Shown here piece after piece: positions 63,636-64,000 of a stretch of 64,000 nucleotides of DNA. The DNA lies in the NCBI GenBank assembly GCA_963789265.1, contig CAWBKB010000001.1, positions 992,001-1,056,000 on the forward strand. The letters run 5' to 3'. The notes under the pieces are model-generated. The model saw only the letters and a list, made by a program, of their open reading frames with translations. It had not been told where the DNA came from and ran no database searches. The translations under genes and the position numbers were made by a program. Position 1 is the first letter of the stretch. Every line of letters begins with the position of its first letter. The DNA is from an uncultured delta proteobacterium. Its GTDB lineage: Bacteria > Desulfobacterota > Desulfomonilia > Desulfomonilales > Desulfomonilaceae.

Positions 63636-64000
63636 CTTCTGCCAGCCTTGACGTCATCGACGGCCAAAGTCTCGCACGAACCGGCCGAGACGCTCTCGCC
63701 GGGATCAACTGCCGAAAATCCTGACGTCGGTTGCTTCATCCTGGTCTTCACCTCGTGCAAGATCGAATAAGGCAGCGGCCCGCGGCCCGGAAACACTCCC
63801 AATTCGATTTCAGGCTTACTTGCTCCGTGAAAGTCAGACCCACCGGTGACAACAATATTGAACTCCGCTGCAATCTCTTCAAAAGCTTTTGTTTGTTCAG
63901 GGGTATGTTTCGGATAATAGGCCTCGATGCCGTCCAATCCCTGCTTCACGAAGCCTCGGATGATCTCCCGGATGCGGCCCGCGTCTTGCTCGTCGAGCGA
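63632..64000 (-). CDS. PHP-domain protein, partial (runs off the window)
   Basis: GLDGIEAYY and TGGSDFHG motifs. Confidence 0.85.
   Translation of the reverse strand, partial: SLDEQDAGRIREIIRGFVKQGLDGIEAYYPKHTPEQTKAFEEIAAEFNIVVTGGSDFHGASKPEIELGVFPGRGPLPYSILHEVKTRMKQPTSGFSAVDPGESVSAGSCETLAVDDVKAGRR

Overview
Chromosomal window from a bacterium that by gene content and recurring protein motifs looks like a Desulfomonile-like deltaproteobacterium (Desulfobacterota). This assignment is inference, not a search result. Core genes are a murF-alr fusion, pepN, comM/yifB, pilT, recA, gcvH, bioB, rpoH and trmL. There are many two-component and c-di-GMP signalling genes, an RND efflux cluster and three toxin-antitoxin-type loci. 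Most notable: (1) a ~2.2 kb integrase-less island (stand-alone class III nucleotide cyclase plus RelE/HTH TA pair) between a truncated and a full copy of comM, breaking at the GGHN codons, which resemble a XerC dif half-site; (2) a ~45-aa N-terminal motif fused to three unrelated effectors; (3) nested MITEs with IS4-like and IS630-like ends that carry REP hairpins as cargo, one with an empty-site sister copy in the window; (4) a duplicated ~250-nt non-coding leader before two efflux genes; (5) a solitary type I-C CRISPR repeat; (6) a DnaA-box cluster between pilT and comM; (7) an HD-domain/HSP90-like ATPase conflict-type protein. Five single-base frameshifts in otherwise intact genes most likely reflect assembly indel errors. 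I found no tRNA, rRNA or CRISPR array.
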